Shown piece after piece: positions 11,507-24,739 of a stretch of 64,000 bases of DNA. The stretch is from Torpedo marmorata. Lineage: Eukaryota. A program made the translations under genes and the position numbers. A model generated the notes under the pieces. It saw nothing but the letters and a program-made list of their open reading frames with translations. It was not told the DNA's origin and searched no databases. The stretch's first letter is position 1. Each line of letters starts with the position of its first letter. Location of the stretch: NCBI GenBank assembly GCA_977017645.1, contig OZ360257.1, forward strand, positions 15,376,001-15,440,000, in the 5' to 3' direction.

Positions 11507-11609
11507 TCTCTGGCAGTAAAAAGTATTTAACTCATTTGCTCTTTATGTCTTTATCTTGGCGCCACATTCCCTGACCATCAGCCGCATTATACTGGCTATC
11601 CGAGCGAGG
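11507..11609 (+). pseudogene. ~100-bp remnant of the decayed paralog in unit 1
   Basis: Matches ~22620-22720 and is bounded by two deletions. Confidence 0.65.
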
Positions 11610-12794
11610 AGGCCAACCCACCATACACCCTCTTTACCAGCGCGTCAACTCGCGCAGCAACCTTGAGGGGTGTATTAACATGGACCCCAAGATCTCTCAG
11701 TTCCTCCAAACTGTAAGAAATACTGTCATTAACACGCACTCCGCCTTCGATTCGGCCTCCAAAGTGCACTACACTTTACCGTATTGAACTCAATTTGCCA
11801 CTCCTCTGCCCAACTCCGCATCCTGTCTATATCCCGTTATAACCCACGACAGCCTTCTGCACTCCCGACAACACTGTGAACCGTTGTATCATTAGCAAAT
11901 GCAAAGAAAATAGAGCACAGAAAGAAATTCTCTGATTGGACTTGATGCCTTCGAACCAACCCTCAGCGTTGATGCATTACCCCAAACACCACAGGCGATC
12001 CAAACACTCCTCGGATCTGTGTGGCGTTTGCAACAAAAATTAAATCAGGATTTCAAGGGGGACGGTTCACGTCACAGTTCAGCGCAACACATTCACAGCG
12101 TCAGCGACGCGGGTTCAAATACAGCGCTGCCCTGGAAGGAGTTTTATTGCTTTCCCTCGTGAACTGCTCGGTTTCCCAGGGTACTCTGGTTTCTTCCCAC
12201 TCACGAAAAAAAGTATGGAATTGGCATGTTCATTGGATGTAATTTGGCAGCACGGGCGTCATGCGCTAAGTGTCTGTATATTTTAAATAAATCTTCAGTC
12301 AAGCTAGCATGGCAGTCGACGTGTGAAAACAAACCATCTGGTCAGACCGACTGATGAACTTTTGAAAACTCATTGGAATAAAGTTATTTTCAGGTGTATA
12401 ATGATAAAAAGGAAAATATGTGTGATAATCAGGATCATTGGGAACAAACAAAGGAGAGAATTGCGAACACGTACCCCAGGGACGAGGTTAAAGCGAAGCA
12501 AATGGAGATAGATGAACGCGACACTCCAGTGTCACGGTTCCACGTCAGGTGATGCAGCGAGCTCGCACCTGAACCTTGTTTATTACAATAACTAGTGTTA
12601 GTTACTCTGGGCGGAGTGATCTCAGGTCATTAAGTTAGAATGAACTGATAGTCTTTGTTAAATCGAGTATGTGGAGGTGTTATGCAAGTTAGTGTCCCAG
12701 GAGAACGGCTGTCCTATAAATTAGGCTTCACAGTGAAACTCTTCGTTTTCACATATTCACATGTGCTGTAGAGAAACCGCATTATCCTCAAACG

Positions 12795-12855
12795 ATGCCA
12801 CGAATGAAAGCCACGGATATCTTCTATCACATTATTGCAATTGTCGGCATTCCTG
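12795..12855 (+). CDS. GPR139-like GPCR copy 2, coding exon 1 ((MPR)MKATDIFYHIIAIVGIP-G)
   Basis: In-frame ATGs at 12795 and 12804; donor G|GTAAGT at 12855/12856. Confidence 0.83.
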
Positions 12856-12949
12856 GTAAGTGATTTTGCTGCGATCTCCGCCGAGTGTTTTCTGGTTGTC
12901 CGTATTACGGATGAGTATCCCGTTTGTGCGTGCGTGTGTATATAAAGGT

Positions 12950-12954
12950 ATACA

Positions 12955-13037
<83 letters not shown>

Positions 13038-13052
13038 ACACATACACTCACA
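12950..13052. repeat. (CA)n microsatellite in intron 1 (N-masked at 874-1010, 26329-26458, 40359-40487, 54914-55178)
   Basis: Visible directly in unit 2; homologous positions are N in other units. Confidence 0.9.
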
Positions 13053-14631
13053 GAAAGTTGTTCAGCCGTCGTCGCTCTGCCAGTATTTAAAGAATCTTTT
13101 GACCTGAGGTTGTTGAAGTTAGACAATGTCCAGTCACTAAAAAATAAAACCGAAGACCTCTGGGCAATGCTGCTATATCAGAGACAGTTGAGACAAATCT
13201 CAGTTGTTTGCTGCTGCGAATCCTGGCTAACAGAAAACACAAATAACGCTGTGATCCGACCAGAGGTTTTAACCATTCACAGGCTGGACTGGGACATGGA
13301 TTCTGGCAAAGTGACAGGGCACAGTGTTTGCTTTCCTGTTAATATCGGATGGTGCACGGACGTTGGTGTTCTATCGAAATCTTCCTCCAGTGGCGGAGAG
13401 CAGATATCGATCAAATGAAAACTCTTCAATGTTCCCCGAGGTTTCTCATCAGTTATTCTCACCCGAGTTTATCTCCTTCCCGACACCAATTACAAACAGG
13501 CACTTGCGGAGCTGCATGACCTGGTCAGTAAACAGGCCCACCCCGAGACACTTCCAGTCACAGTCGTTGACTTTCATCAGGCCTGTCTTAAGAAAGCCCT
13601 GCGCAAATATCACAAGCACGTAACCTGCTGTACCAGAGACACCAGCTCATTTGAACTTTGCGACAACAACATAAGGAATGCCTACGTTCCTTCATGATAC
13701 AGCATGTTGTTGTTTGCTGTTCACCCCATCTAAACCCCTCATGATGTTGTCTACCCCCAATAATTCACCTCTTCCCCTTCATCGCTGCAGAGAAAAGCCC
13801 CTAGCTCTGTCGACCTTCCTTCATATGATAGGTTCTGCAATCCAGGCAACACCTTTGCACACTCTCCAGAGCATCCATATATTTCCTATAAGGAGGCAAC
13901 CATAACTGAACGCATAGATTTGAACTGTTTATCGTCACGTATCCGGGGAAAAGTGAAAAGGCGTTATTTTGCCTGCTATCCAGGCAAATCAAGCCATATA
14001 AAATACAGCAGGCAGCGCAAGGATAGAAATAGTACAGATGATAGTGTTACAATAAAGTACAACATGACGTGCTAAAGACAGGAGTGCTGTTAAGCTATGC
14101 AAGTCATTACCTTTTACTCATGAGAGGTCTATTCAACAGCCTGCCAGCAGGAATGCATGTGCCCTTGAATCTGGTTGGGTGCTATTCTTCCAAACTCGTG
14201 CTTCTTCTGCCCGGCGGCAGGGATTATTTATCCGGGAGACGGCGGGAGATATGGACGAAGTCGATGGACGGGGGATTGGATTATTGATAACACTGAATTG
14301 CGTTCATTACTCTCCGTGGTTTCTTGAGACTCCGAGCTCAGCAGTTTCCACTCCAATCTGTGATGCACCCGTACCGGACACTTTCTATTGTTCATCTGCA
14401 CACAACGGACAGGGTCAACGGGGGCATGCCGAAATTCCTCAGCTTCTGAGGTAGTGAAAGCGTTGTTGCTCTTTCCATTCCGTAGTGCCAATGTAATGTT
14501 GGCAACTGCATAATTTACAGGAACAGACAAATGTTTCGATTAGGTTATTCCCAAAGATTCCATTGTAAAAATCACGTTAAAGATGTTGACTTGTTTTTCT
14601 GGTAATTTCCTGGTTTTCCATCTTGTTACAG

Positions 14632-15545
14632 GTAACCTGCTCTCGATTGTGGTCCTGTCACGGGGAATGCGCGGCCTCTCCAAAGGAGTGACTCGTTACA
14701 TGGTAACCATGGCAGTTGCAGACACAATGGTCTGTGTGTTTAACGTTACAGTGATATTCGTCTTCGGCTATCATTTTCCTCATTCATTCCTGGCACATAC
14801 CTCCACTTGTCGTCTTACAGACTTCATACAGAAATCCAGCGTGCAATTTTCTGTCTGGGCCACGGTATCGTTCACAGTGGACCGCTTCATTGCCATTTGT
14901 TGCCAGCAATTCAAAACAAAATATTGTACCGAAATAAACGCCACGGTAGTTCTTACGACTGTGTGTGTGCTGAGCTTTTTGATGCACATTCCAGCTTATT
15001 TCCGGTATCAACCCCATTACATTGCGGGTGATGTCCAATGGGGCTGCCGTACTATAACACGATATATTTCTTCACCAGCATGGCAGACTTACAGATGGTT
15101 GTCTAAACTTATGGTACCACTGGTGCCGCTGCTGCTGATGTTGCTGTTGAATTCTCTCACCGTCCGACACATTTTACCTGTCAGCAGAGCTCGGAAGGCT
15201 TTGAAGAGCCGTGGGGACGGTCAGGTATTTGATCACGAGATGACGAAACGGAGAACGTCCATTATATTGCTCTTCGCCATTTCTGGTACCTTCATAGCGT
15301 TGTGGACACCGGTTACGATAATTGACCAATACTTCCATCTCACCTCAAGTTTTTCGATCGACGCCCCGAAGTCACTGCTTCTGGCAATTAGAATCGCGAT
15401 TCTGCTGATGTATTTGAGCTGCTGTACAAACACTTGTGTTTATGCAATGACACAGAGGAGATTCCGGGAGGAGGTGAAGAAGGTGGCAAAACATCCATTT
15501 ATTGCCCTTGTACGGTTTTTAAAACCAATGACGCAGCCACAATGA
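14632..15545 (+). CDS. GPR139-like GPCR copy 2, exon 2
   Basis: TTACAG acceptor ends at 14631; open 914-nt exon with the same 7TM motifs. Confidence 0.92.
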
Positions 15546-18500
15546 ATCAGAGATCATGGCCCTGTTCCTCAGTTCGCTTCCAATGTCGAATCTCGTCCTT
15601 TTTATTAATAATTCCCTGTAACATAAGCCCCGTAAAAAAAGCCAACCACACACACCATTCCCACAGCAACATTTCGGGACGTGTCCTCCTGTACTGCTAA
15701 ATGGAGGCCATCCGCAAATTAGGCGACTACTGGATATCTGGCCATTGTAAATGTCCAAACAATTGAATGAAACGTTCAACGACGTACTGCATGAATCACA
15801 TTTTGCCCAGGTTAATCAATATTTCAAATTTGAATTCAGGTTTTTTGTTGCATGTACGAAGACCTCACGAGAGTGTTTTTTGATTTGATTTTTTTACAAC
15901 ATACCAGTTGGCATCTCATACATCGAAGAAGGAGTGAGACGCAACTAAAAAGTGCAGAGTTACAGAGAAGTAGATAAAGTGAGAGTACGAGAGAGATAAC
16001 GAAATGGAGAGAGAGAGAGAGCGAAATGGAGAGAGAGAGGGAGCGAGAGAGAGAGACAGAGAGAGTGGGAGAGTGATTCAGCGAGAGAGAGAGAGACAGA
16101 GAGAGAGAGAGTGTGTTAGAGATCGAGAGAGAGTCAGACAGACAGAGACAGAGAGAGGGGAGAGGGAGAGATAGAGAGAGAGTTCAGTTGGTACTGAACA
16201 AAGGAGACATAATTTCACTATCTTGGGACAAATACAGAAAACGCAGAGATTTCTCAGCAGGCCTGGTCGTCTGTGCCAGATCTTTTAAGGGAATTCCGCT
16301 GGAGAGCAGAATCGAACGTCATCGGGTCAAGCATTTGCAAATTCTTTTCTTATTCAATTTTTAAAAAGGAAGTATCCCAAACACAGGTCGTGTCATATTT
16401 AATGTTCTGTATTATAGCATAACAATAAAATAAAATTGAATCTTCAATTTCGGCAGGATATAGATCAGGTGAAAACTTGGGCTGTGCGTTGCCAGCTGGA
16501 ATTTTATACTGACAACTGCAAATAATGCACGGCATATGCACTAAATGTTCCATCAGGAAGGAAACGTGATGAACAGAGGGACATGGGGGTCTGAATTCAT
16601 AGTTGCCTGAAAGCAGCAACACGTTTTTTAGGGTGATGGTGCCTTCCTAGTTCGAGGATAATATACAGGATCTCGAATTTCACAAACACTGTTCAGACTG
16701 TACTTGAAGTATAGTTTGCAGTTCTGGTCGCCACACTATTTATGTGATTGGACCGGCGTTGTTGCAGAAAATTCACCAGGATGTTGCCTGGAAAGGAGGA
16801 CGAGCTGTGGAAGGTGCTTAATAGGAAGGGGCCAATTTTCCCTGGAGCACAGCGGGTTTAGGAACGAGCTGGGAAATATAAGTAAGATGATGAGAGTCAC
16901 CGATAGGGAAGATGTTCAAAACCTATTTCTAATGCCAGGGTTAACAAAAGTAAGTGGACACGAGTTTAAGGTGAGTTTTAAGGGGAATCTAGGAGATTGT
17001 CTTTTTAAACAGGCATATGAAGCAAAGAAATATGCTGGAGGAACTCAGTAGGTCGAGCATCATTCGTGGAGATACGATACATCGACGTTTCGGGTCAGAA
17101 ACCTTCATCACGTTTAATATCTGATTTGCTCTTCTCGGGGATGCGGTGAAGTCAGATATAATTCTCCAAACACATCAGTAAGGAAGCCACTATTTCTGTT
17201 GGGTGCTGCACTTGACTCAATTACCTTTATGAAGTTGTCTCTCACGTATTCGGTGATGATCTATTTTATTACCCCGGACGTCTGCTCAACAGCTGAATTC
17301 CCATCAATGGGTTCTAATTTCCTTAACCGTCACTATGAACTGTGGGAGGACGAGCAGAAATCTCCATTCCAGCATAACAGTTCCTGAATCAGCAAAAACC
17401 TAACAAGTTAATACTTGAAACTTGTGCTGCTTCCACTAGGCTCCATAATCATATGTGTGTTCAATCTTAACATGATTGAGCACATCGGCCTTTTATTGAT
17501 CATCTCTGGTCCAAACGCTGTTGGTTTGAGTGGTGAGGTGAGCCGATACTTATCCCGGCCGTCAATATCGAAAAGTGAAATTATTCAGCAGATATAATCA
17601 ATGTTTACAGTCCTTTGAGTCCTAAGATCGCCTTGCCAATATCTGGAACCCTTGTTCAATTTGGTATCACCTGTGAATATCTTCCGACACTCCCATTACA
17701 TAACAATACAGAACATAGAACAGTAGAGCCTGAAAGGGCTTCCCTCGGGTACGGTTTCTAACTTCCTACTCTCCCGGGGTCCGAAACTCGTCGTGGCCGC
17801 TGCCGAGCCGAGGCGTCACTGTCTTGGTGACAGACCCCGAGGGTACATGATTTTACTTACAAATACAGTCGGACCCTTTATCGGCCATTTTAAAGCCTGT
17901 ACGTGTCAGCCGGCATTAGGACCGGGCATTGGAACCCTTCGGAGTAGTGCTATGTCTCGTGGACAAGCGCTGTTTCTATGTCAGAAATGTCAGTCTAAGG
18001 CTTTGGGAGCTGATCTGATACTTGAGGTATCATGTTAAAATTAGAACTCTGCTGAATCTTGCATAACAATTAACACGCAGGGAATTCTACAGAATTCTGC
18101 CGATGCTGTGATTGTAGTGCAATACACAAAAGTACAGAATAAACTCAGCATCCCATGAAACGTCCATTGGAAGGAAAGTTATATACATCCTGAATTACTC
18201 CAGCACTATTGTGTATTGCACTAATATCCAGGGATGTTTTCATTTATCTTTTATCTAACTGCAAAACTGACAAGGTTTTTTTTTAAATCGAGCAAAGTCG
18301 CCATGGAGCGGTACGCTATACATTTGAACGAACCAATGGGCGCTCTGTGGAATTTTCAAATACTTTTATCAAAAATAAACATTATTACCAATAACATAAT
18401 TTACAAAATAAAACCCTTCAGTCTTATCGCGGCATTTGTGTCATATCCATAGATAGGCATCACTCTACATTGTTAAAGTCGTTCTCTTTTAAGCACGTTT

Positions 18501-19617
18501 GCCACCTGGCCGATGCTCCCCCAACTGGTGATTGAGGCTTCCCCTCAGGTCTCGGCCCCTCAATGCCCGGTAACGGAAGTACTGAACACCGTGCTCCTTA
18601 CACACGGCGCCATCGCGTTGGCTGCAAGCACATGCATAATGCAGGTGCTGATCAACAACACTGTGAGAACGACCGACAATATCTAAGTAGCATGCTGTAA
18701 CTTTTAAATTTAAATTTAGATGGTTATTTTTTAATTTAGACGTACAGCACGATAACAACCCCTTTCGGTCCACAAGCCCATGCCACCTAATCACACCCAA
18801 TTGACCTACACACCCAGTACATTTGAAGGGTGGGAGCAAACCGGAGTCCGTTGGGAAAACCCACGCAGACACGGGGAGAACGTAAAAACTCCTCACAGTC
18901 AGCGTGGGATTCGATCCCCAGTCCCAATCGCTGGCGCTGTAACAGGGTTGCGCTAAACGCTACGCTAACTGTGCCGCTCAGCGAAGAAGATCGAGTAAGT
19001 TATTTTGAAAAAGAATAAGACCCAAATTCTGATTTTCAAGATTTTCCCTTCCAAAGGCAGGGTTCATAATGCTGAAAATATTATTTGCAGTAGTTCTACG
19101 TTGTTATGCAAGTTAAATCGCCAATTTATTGGCACAAACGTCGATAGCTGTTGACAAATTTAAGAAGCCCAAAGAAATAATGTGAAAAATTTGTGGGAGA
19201 ATTCGGAAAATCAATTTCAATTTGCTATTTTTCATCCGAATTATTTGATTTGATTTTTGTGTGGATTTCAGAACAATTATATTTCTAACCCAAAGGCAAA
19301 ATGATATAGTACTTTTCAAGATTCCAACAGTGTGAATTTAAACAATACTAAGGAACAGGCAAATCATCACAAGGTCTCGGGTTTGTTGGTTCCTTCACGA
19401 ATCTATAAATACACATCGTCACTATAATAATGCGATGTGGATATATTTTGTTTGGAATGATTCGTCTTCCTGATCGACGTCAGCAGTTATGACTTTATTT
19501 AATCTGTTTGCTCCAATGAAAATCTGCGACTAATGACAATCATTTCGTGTTCATGTGTCATTATGTGTCATGTTTAATTTATTTATAAGTCAGGCATTGC
19601 TGTGAATTCCATGAAGC

Positions 19618-19991
19618 CAGTGGTTTTCAAACTTTTTCTTTCCACTAACATACCACCTTAAATAATCACTGTGGCATCGGTGCTCTGTGATTAGTAAGGG
19701 TTACTTAAATTGGTATGTGAGTGGGGAAAAAAGATTGAGAACCACTGCTCCAGACCTAATTGTTACTGAAATATTTTGCTTAATAAAAATTGTCATTGGC
19801 CCATTTCCTTTGGAGTTATGAAGCCGTGCACATAACGAGTCAACGAGGTATGATTAAAACAGTGGTTTTCAAACTTTTTATTTCCACTCACATACCACCT
19901 TAAATAATCCCTTACTAATCACAGAGCAACTGTGGCATAGGGATTACTTAATGTGGTGTGTGAGTGTGAAGAAAAAGTTTGAAAACCACTG
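19618..19991. mobile_element. hAT-like MITE, unit 2
   Basis: Homolog of 7509-7880. Confidence 0.75.
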
Positions 19992-20759
19992 CATTAAACT
20001 AAATGGCGCAACTGCATCTCATCTGTCCAATCATGGAGCGACCAGTATTGTTAGAGAACGAAAAGAATAACAATCCTATTCTTAGAATAGTTCGTGTACA
20101 TCGTAAGCCATGTAACATCTGCTAAAACGTCTTTTCATACTCGAGTTTTCAAGTCAAGTTTTTTGTCACCTGATTGTACAAGTACAACCCGAAGAAACTG
20201 CGTTCTCTGGTGTAGGTGCAAAACATGCAGACATACAACCAGACATAACACACATACAGACAAATAATACATATTTACGTCATACATATAATACATTTTA
20301 AGGCACAGATTCTCCAACCGGCGCAATGCTCTTGTCCATTGAATAAACGCGTTGCTTTTCCTGACGTAAGTTCCCAAATTTCCGTCCTGTATAACGCTCA
20401 TTTTCTCTCTGTTCCATGCACCAATATACACGTCTCTAAAAATATCCTATTGTACCTGCCTCTAAAACAGTTCCCAGCAGTGAATTCCATGCACCCATTA
20501 CTCTCTGTGTGAAGATTGTGCCTCTAACCCTCCCCATGTACTTATCCGAAGCACGTTTAAACGCCCCCCGCGGCTGAATGGAGGTTTTCCTTTGCCTGTG
20601 GAAACCTTTCTTCCACAGTGCCAAAACGTCAAACTATTGGGGGGACTCAGCGGATTGAACAGCGTGTGTGTGTTTCTGTATGTGTGTGTTTTTGTAATTT
20701 CAGCAAATCACGAAGTGTCTGCTGTTCTGCCTTCAGATCAGAGAACATTATTAATCTAA

Positions 20760-22150
20760 ATCTCTAAAAAGGGTAATAGAGAGTATCCTGAGAATTACAG
20801 ACAGGTGAGGCCTACGTCAGTGGTGTGAAAACTATCGGAGAGGATTCTTAAGGACACGATGTATGAGCATTTGGAGAAGTACAGTCATCTGAGAGACATA
20901 AGCATGGCTTTGTGAGGGGATGGTCGTGCCTCATGAGCCTCATTGCATTTTCTGAGGAGATAACAAAATATATTGAGGAAAGTGTGACTTTAGACAAGGT
21001 ACATATGGATTTCAGTGAGGGGTTTGACAAGGTTCCCCATGAAAGACTCGGTCAGAAAGACATCAGGCATTCTATCCACGGAATCTCAGCTGTGTGGATA
21101 AAAAATTGGCTTGCCTGTAGAAAGCAGAGGACGGCACAGAAAGTATTCTGTCTGGAAGTCAGTGACTAGTGGAGTTCCGCAGGGATATTTTCTAGAACCC
21201 CTGCTCTTTGTGCATTTTAGAAATGACCGAGATGAAGAGCGGAAGGGTGTGTCAGTAGGTTTGCAAATGATATAATTGTTGGAGGAGCTGCAGCTAGTGT
21301 TGAAGTTTGTCGTATATTACAATGCAGAGATGGGCGCAAAAGTGGCAGATCGACTTCAATCCGGATAAGTTTGGGAAGCATTTTGGAAGGTCAAACCTTG
21401 ATGAATACAGCATTAATGGTCGGATACTTAAGAGCGTGGAGGAACAGAGGGACCTTGAAGTTCAAATCCATAGATCTCTCAATGTTTCCGCGCAGGTTGA
21501 TAGGATAGTTAAGAAGGCCTAGGGATACTGGGTTTCAATAATAGGGAGATTGAGTTCAATATTATAGAGGTCATGTTGCAACTCTACACACCTCTGGTTA
21601 GACCATACTTATAGTATTTTATTCAGTTATGGCCACATCGTTATAGGAAGGATGTGGAAACTGTGGAGAGGGTGCGGAGGAGATTTACCAGTGTATTGCC
21701 TGGATTGGACAATGTCTTCCGAGACAAAGTTAGTAGAGCAGGGACTTTTTTGTTTGGAGTGAAGAAGGATGAGAGGTGACTTAATCAAAGTCTACAAGAA
21801 TATAGACAGTAGATAGGGAAGACAGCAAGCGCCTTTTCGCAGGGAGGGAATAGCAAACACCAGGGGACGTATGCACAAAGTGAAGGGAGGAAGGTTTAGG
21901 GGAGATATCAGAGGTAAATTATTCACACAGAGATGGAGGAGCCGGCAATGCTTTGCCAGGTTGGTGGTGGGGGCTGAATCATTTTGGGTATTTAAGAGAC
22001 TCGTAGACAGGCACATGGATGAACGAAAATTAGAGGATTATATGTTTGGAAGGTTTCAGTATTTTCTTGGTAGGAATATACAGATCGGCACAACATTGAA
22101 GGCCGAATAGCCTGTACTGTGCTGTTATGTTCCATGTTCTATGTTCTATG
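20760..22150 (+). mobile_element. Decayed CR1 LINE 3' part, unit 2
   Basis: Same motifs; ends in the short tandem tail (ATGTTCT)n. Confidence 0.88.
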
Positions 22151-22199
22151 TTTTGAAACTACTTTGCTGCCATTCGTCATTCTGTTCCATGTAATTTAC

Positions 22200-22950
22200 G
22201 GCCTCTCAAAATGCATCACTCAGTGGTTGCTGCGAATGGCAGAAGCTGACTGAGTGGTTGTGAAACTCTATATGAATTGATTTTATATGAGATTGACGAT
22301 CGGTATTTTCCACATTCAGACTTCAATCAGACTTCTCTCTGTAGAGTTATTCTGACCATGTTATTTATTTCCATTGACTGTTCGATGTGACTAACTGTGG
22401 CTTTCATGTTCGATCGATTTTTTGCTATTTGTCACCAAACGCTACGAGCAACATATTGCACTGAAAATAATTCATCTGTAGCGAAATCGCGGTGGAATGT
22501 TCCTCAACATTTTGGTAAAAACACCATTTTATTTATTAACCTCGGGAAGTAATTGATAACGTTGAATTATCCTGCAATGTAATATCATGCTTTTACACCT
22601 TATGAATTTGAGCAGTTATTCTCTGGCAGTAAAAAGTATTTAACTCATTTGCTCTTTATGTCTTTATCTTGGCGCCACATTCCCTGACCATCAGCCGCAT
22701 TATACTGGCTATCCGAGCGAGGAGCAAACTCCGAAGAAAGAACACCAATGGGATCCGCAGTGTCGCAGAGATGGGGAACCGCAGGAAACCGATAATGTTG
22801 CTGCTGGTCATTTCCAGCACGTTTATTCTCTTCAGGATGGCTTTCATATGCGTGCAATTTACTGTTGCGCATATTTTGGAAGGAAGCTGCAATGATACCT
22901 TCACCATTACGGGATTGTCGGGTTATATGCTGAAGTTTTCGATTTCTTGC
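22200..22950 (+). pseudogene. Decayed second GPR139-like paralog (exon 2 remnant)
   Basis: Frame-broken translation GLSKCITQWLLRMAEAD* ... FMFDRFFAICHQTLRATYCTE ... HSLTISRIILAIRARSKLRR ... EMGNRRKPIMLLLVISSTFIL ... GYML, colinear with the intact receptor but very diverged. Confidence 0.85.
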
Positions 22951-22967
22951 CCAATCCCATTGTTAAC

Positions 22968-23197
22968 AACAGCGGTTAGAGCAACGCTATTAAAGCGCCA
23001 GCGACCCGGGTTCATTTCCGGCGCTACTGGAAGGAGCTTGTACGTTCTCCCCATGTCTACGAGTGTTTCCTCCGTGCCCTCCGGTTTCCTCCCAAATAAA
23101 AAAAACCGTAAGGAGGTTGAAAGTTAATTGTGGTATTTTGGTGGGACGGGCTCGTGGGCCGGAAGTGCCTGTTCCCGTTCCCAATGCTAGATTTAAA
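22968..23197 (+). mobile_element. V-SINE-like element at the 3' end of the pseudogene (also ~38025-38250, 50507-50735)
   Basis: GCGGTTAGAGCAACGCTATT...GACCCGGGTTC...GGAGCTTGTACGTTCTCCCCATGTCT. Confidence 0.8.
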
Positions 23198-24089
23198 ATT
23201 TCAACCACTTCCTTGTTGCACTGTCCCAGAGGAAATTCAGAGAGGGTCTGAAGAATCTGGTAAAATGTCCAGTGACTCTTCTTACCAAGGCAAACAACTG
23301 CAAGGAATGACACCAGTTTATTTTCTCACATAACAAAATGAATAACCTCGAACAAAGTAAACAAAAATCACTGTACGTGCATGACCACAAAGTAACCTTC
23401 AAATGAAAATAGGGTCTCTGGATGGTGCACAGAACGTAAAATATACAACACAGTGCAGAACCTTCAGTACACGACTTTGTGCCAATTTACCTGAACCCAT
23501 TCCACAACAATATAATTTCCCAAGCGCACACCTAAAATGCTGTATATTTCTTACACCCTGTTCCTATCTTGGAGACATTAGAATGTCCCTATTGTAGCAA
23601 TCTCCGCCACCACAGGCAATGATTTCGAGGGACCAACCACTATCTGTTTAAAAACGTAACTCCCACATTTGCCTTAAAGTTTCCTTTACTCACCTTAATA
23701 AGCTGTCCTCCGGTATTAACTATTGTCGCCCCAGGAAACAGGTGCTGAATGTCCAAACTTTCTAAGCCCCCTCATAACCTTATATACCTCTGTTTATTCA
23801 CCTGTCATCCACAGAGAAAAGCTCTATCTCTGTCAACCTTGCTCCATATGACATGGTCTCCAATGCAGGCAATAAAATATCCTGATAAATATTTGCACCC
23901 TCTCTAATGCATCTACATACTTACAGTAACAAAGCGAACAGAACTGAACGCAATATTCCAAGTGTGGTCTCACCAGAGGTTTATGGGTCTGCAACATTTC
24001 CTCTCGGCTTTTATCCGACGAATGAAGTCCAACCCACCATACACCTTCTTGACCAGCGCGTCAACTCGCGCAGCAACCTTGAGGGTGTA

Positions 24090-24739
24090 CATTCTACTTG
24101 GTTTTGTCCAAAGATTCAGGATTTTTGGTTTAAAGTTAAGGAATTTTTAGACAAAGTATTAAGAAATATACTTCCAATGAATCCGATGATATTTTTATTT
24201 GGTGATATTAAAAGAATTAGTATTATGATGAATTTAAATATGTATCAAATTGAGTTTTTGAGAATTGCTTTAGCGGTTGCTAAGAAATGTATTGCTATCA
24301 CTTGGAAATCTGATGTAGATTTAGGTTTAGAAAGGTGGCACGCAGAACTTCGTTCTTGTATACCACTTGAAAAAATTACTTATAATTTACGTAACAAATA
24401 TCATTTCTTTTCGAAAATATGGAGCCCATATATAAAATTGGTCGGCTTAAAAATAAAAATTTGAAGATCTCTGAACATTGGATCAGGCTGGTGAACCTAA
24501 TTTCCACAAAATTTTAGTTTATAGTTATTTTTATTCTAGATTGACATTCTCCTTAGTTTTTCTTTTTCTTTTCTTACTTTATTTTATTTTATTTTATAGA
24601 TGAGTATGGGGGGGGTTAGGGTGGGGAGGGTGGTTGGGAGGGAGAAAATATATCACATGTATTTTGATAATTTTGCGATTTATACAATGTATTTTGTGAT
24701 TTAAAATTTTAAATAAAATATTAAAAAAAAAAAAAAAAA
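24090..24739 (+). mobile_element. Short 3' fragment of a related L1 subfamily
   Basis: Frame HSTWFCPKIQDFW...IPLEKITYNLRNKY aligns with the C-terminus of the L1 at 51373; same G-rich 3'UTR layout, AATAAA and ~18-A tail. Confidence 0.92.
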
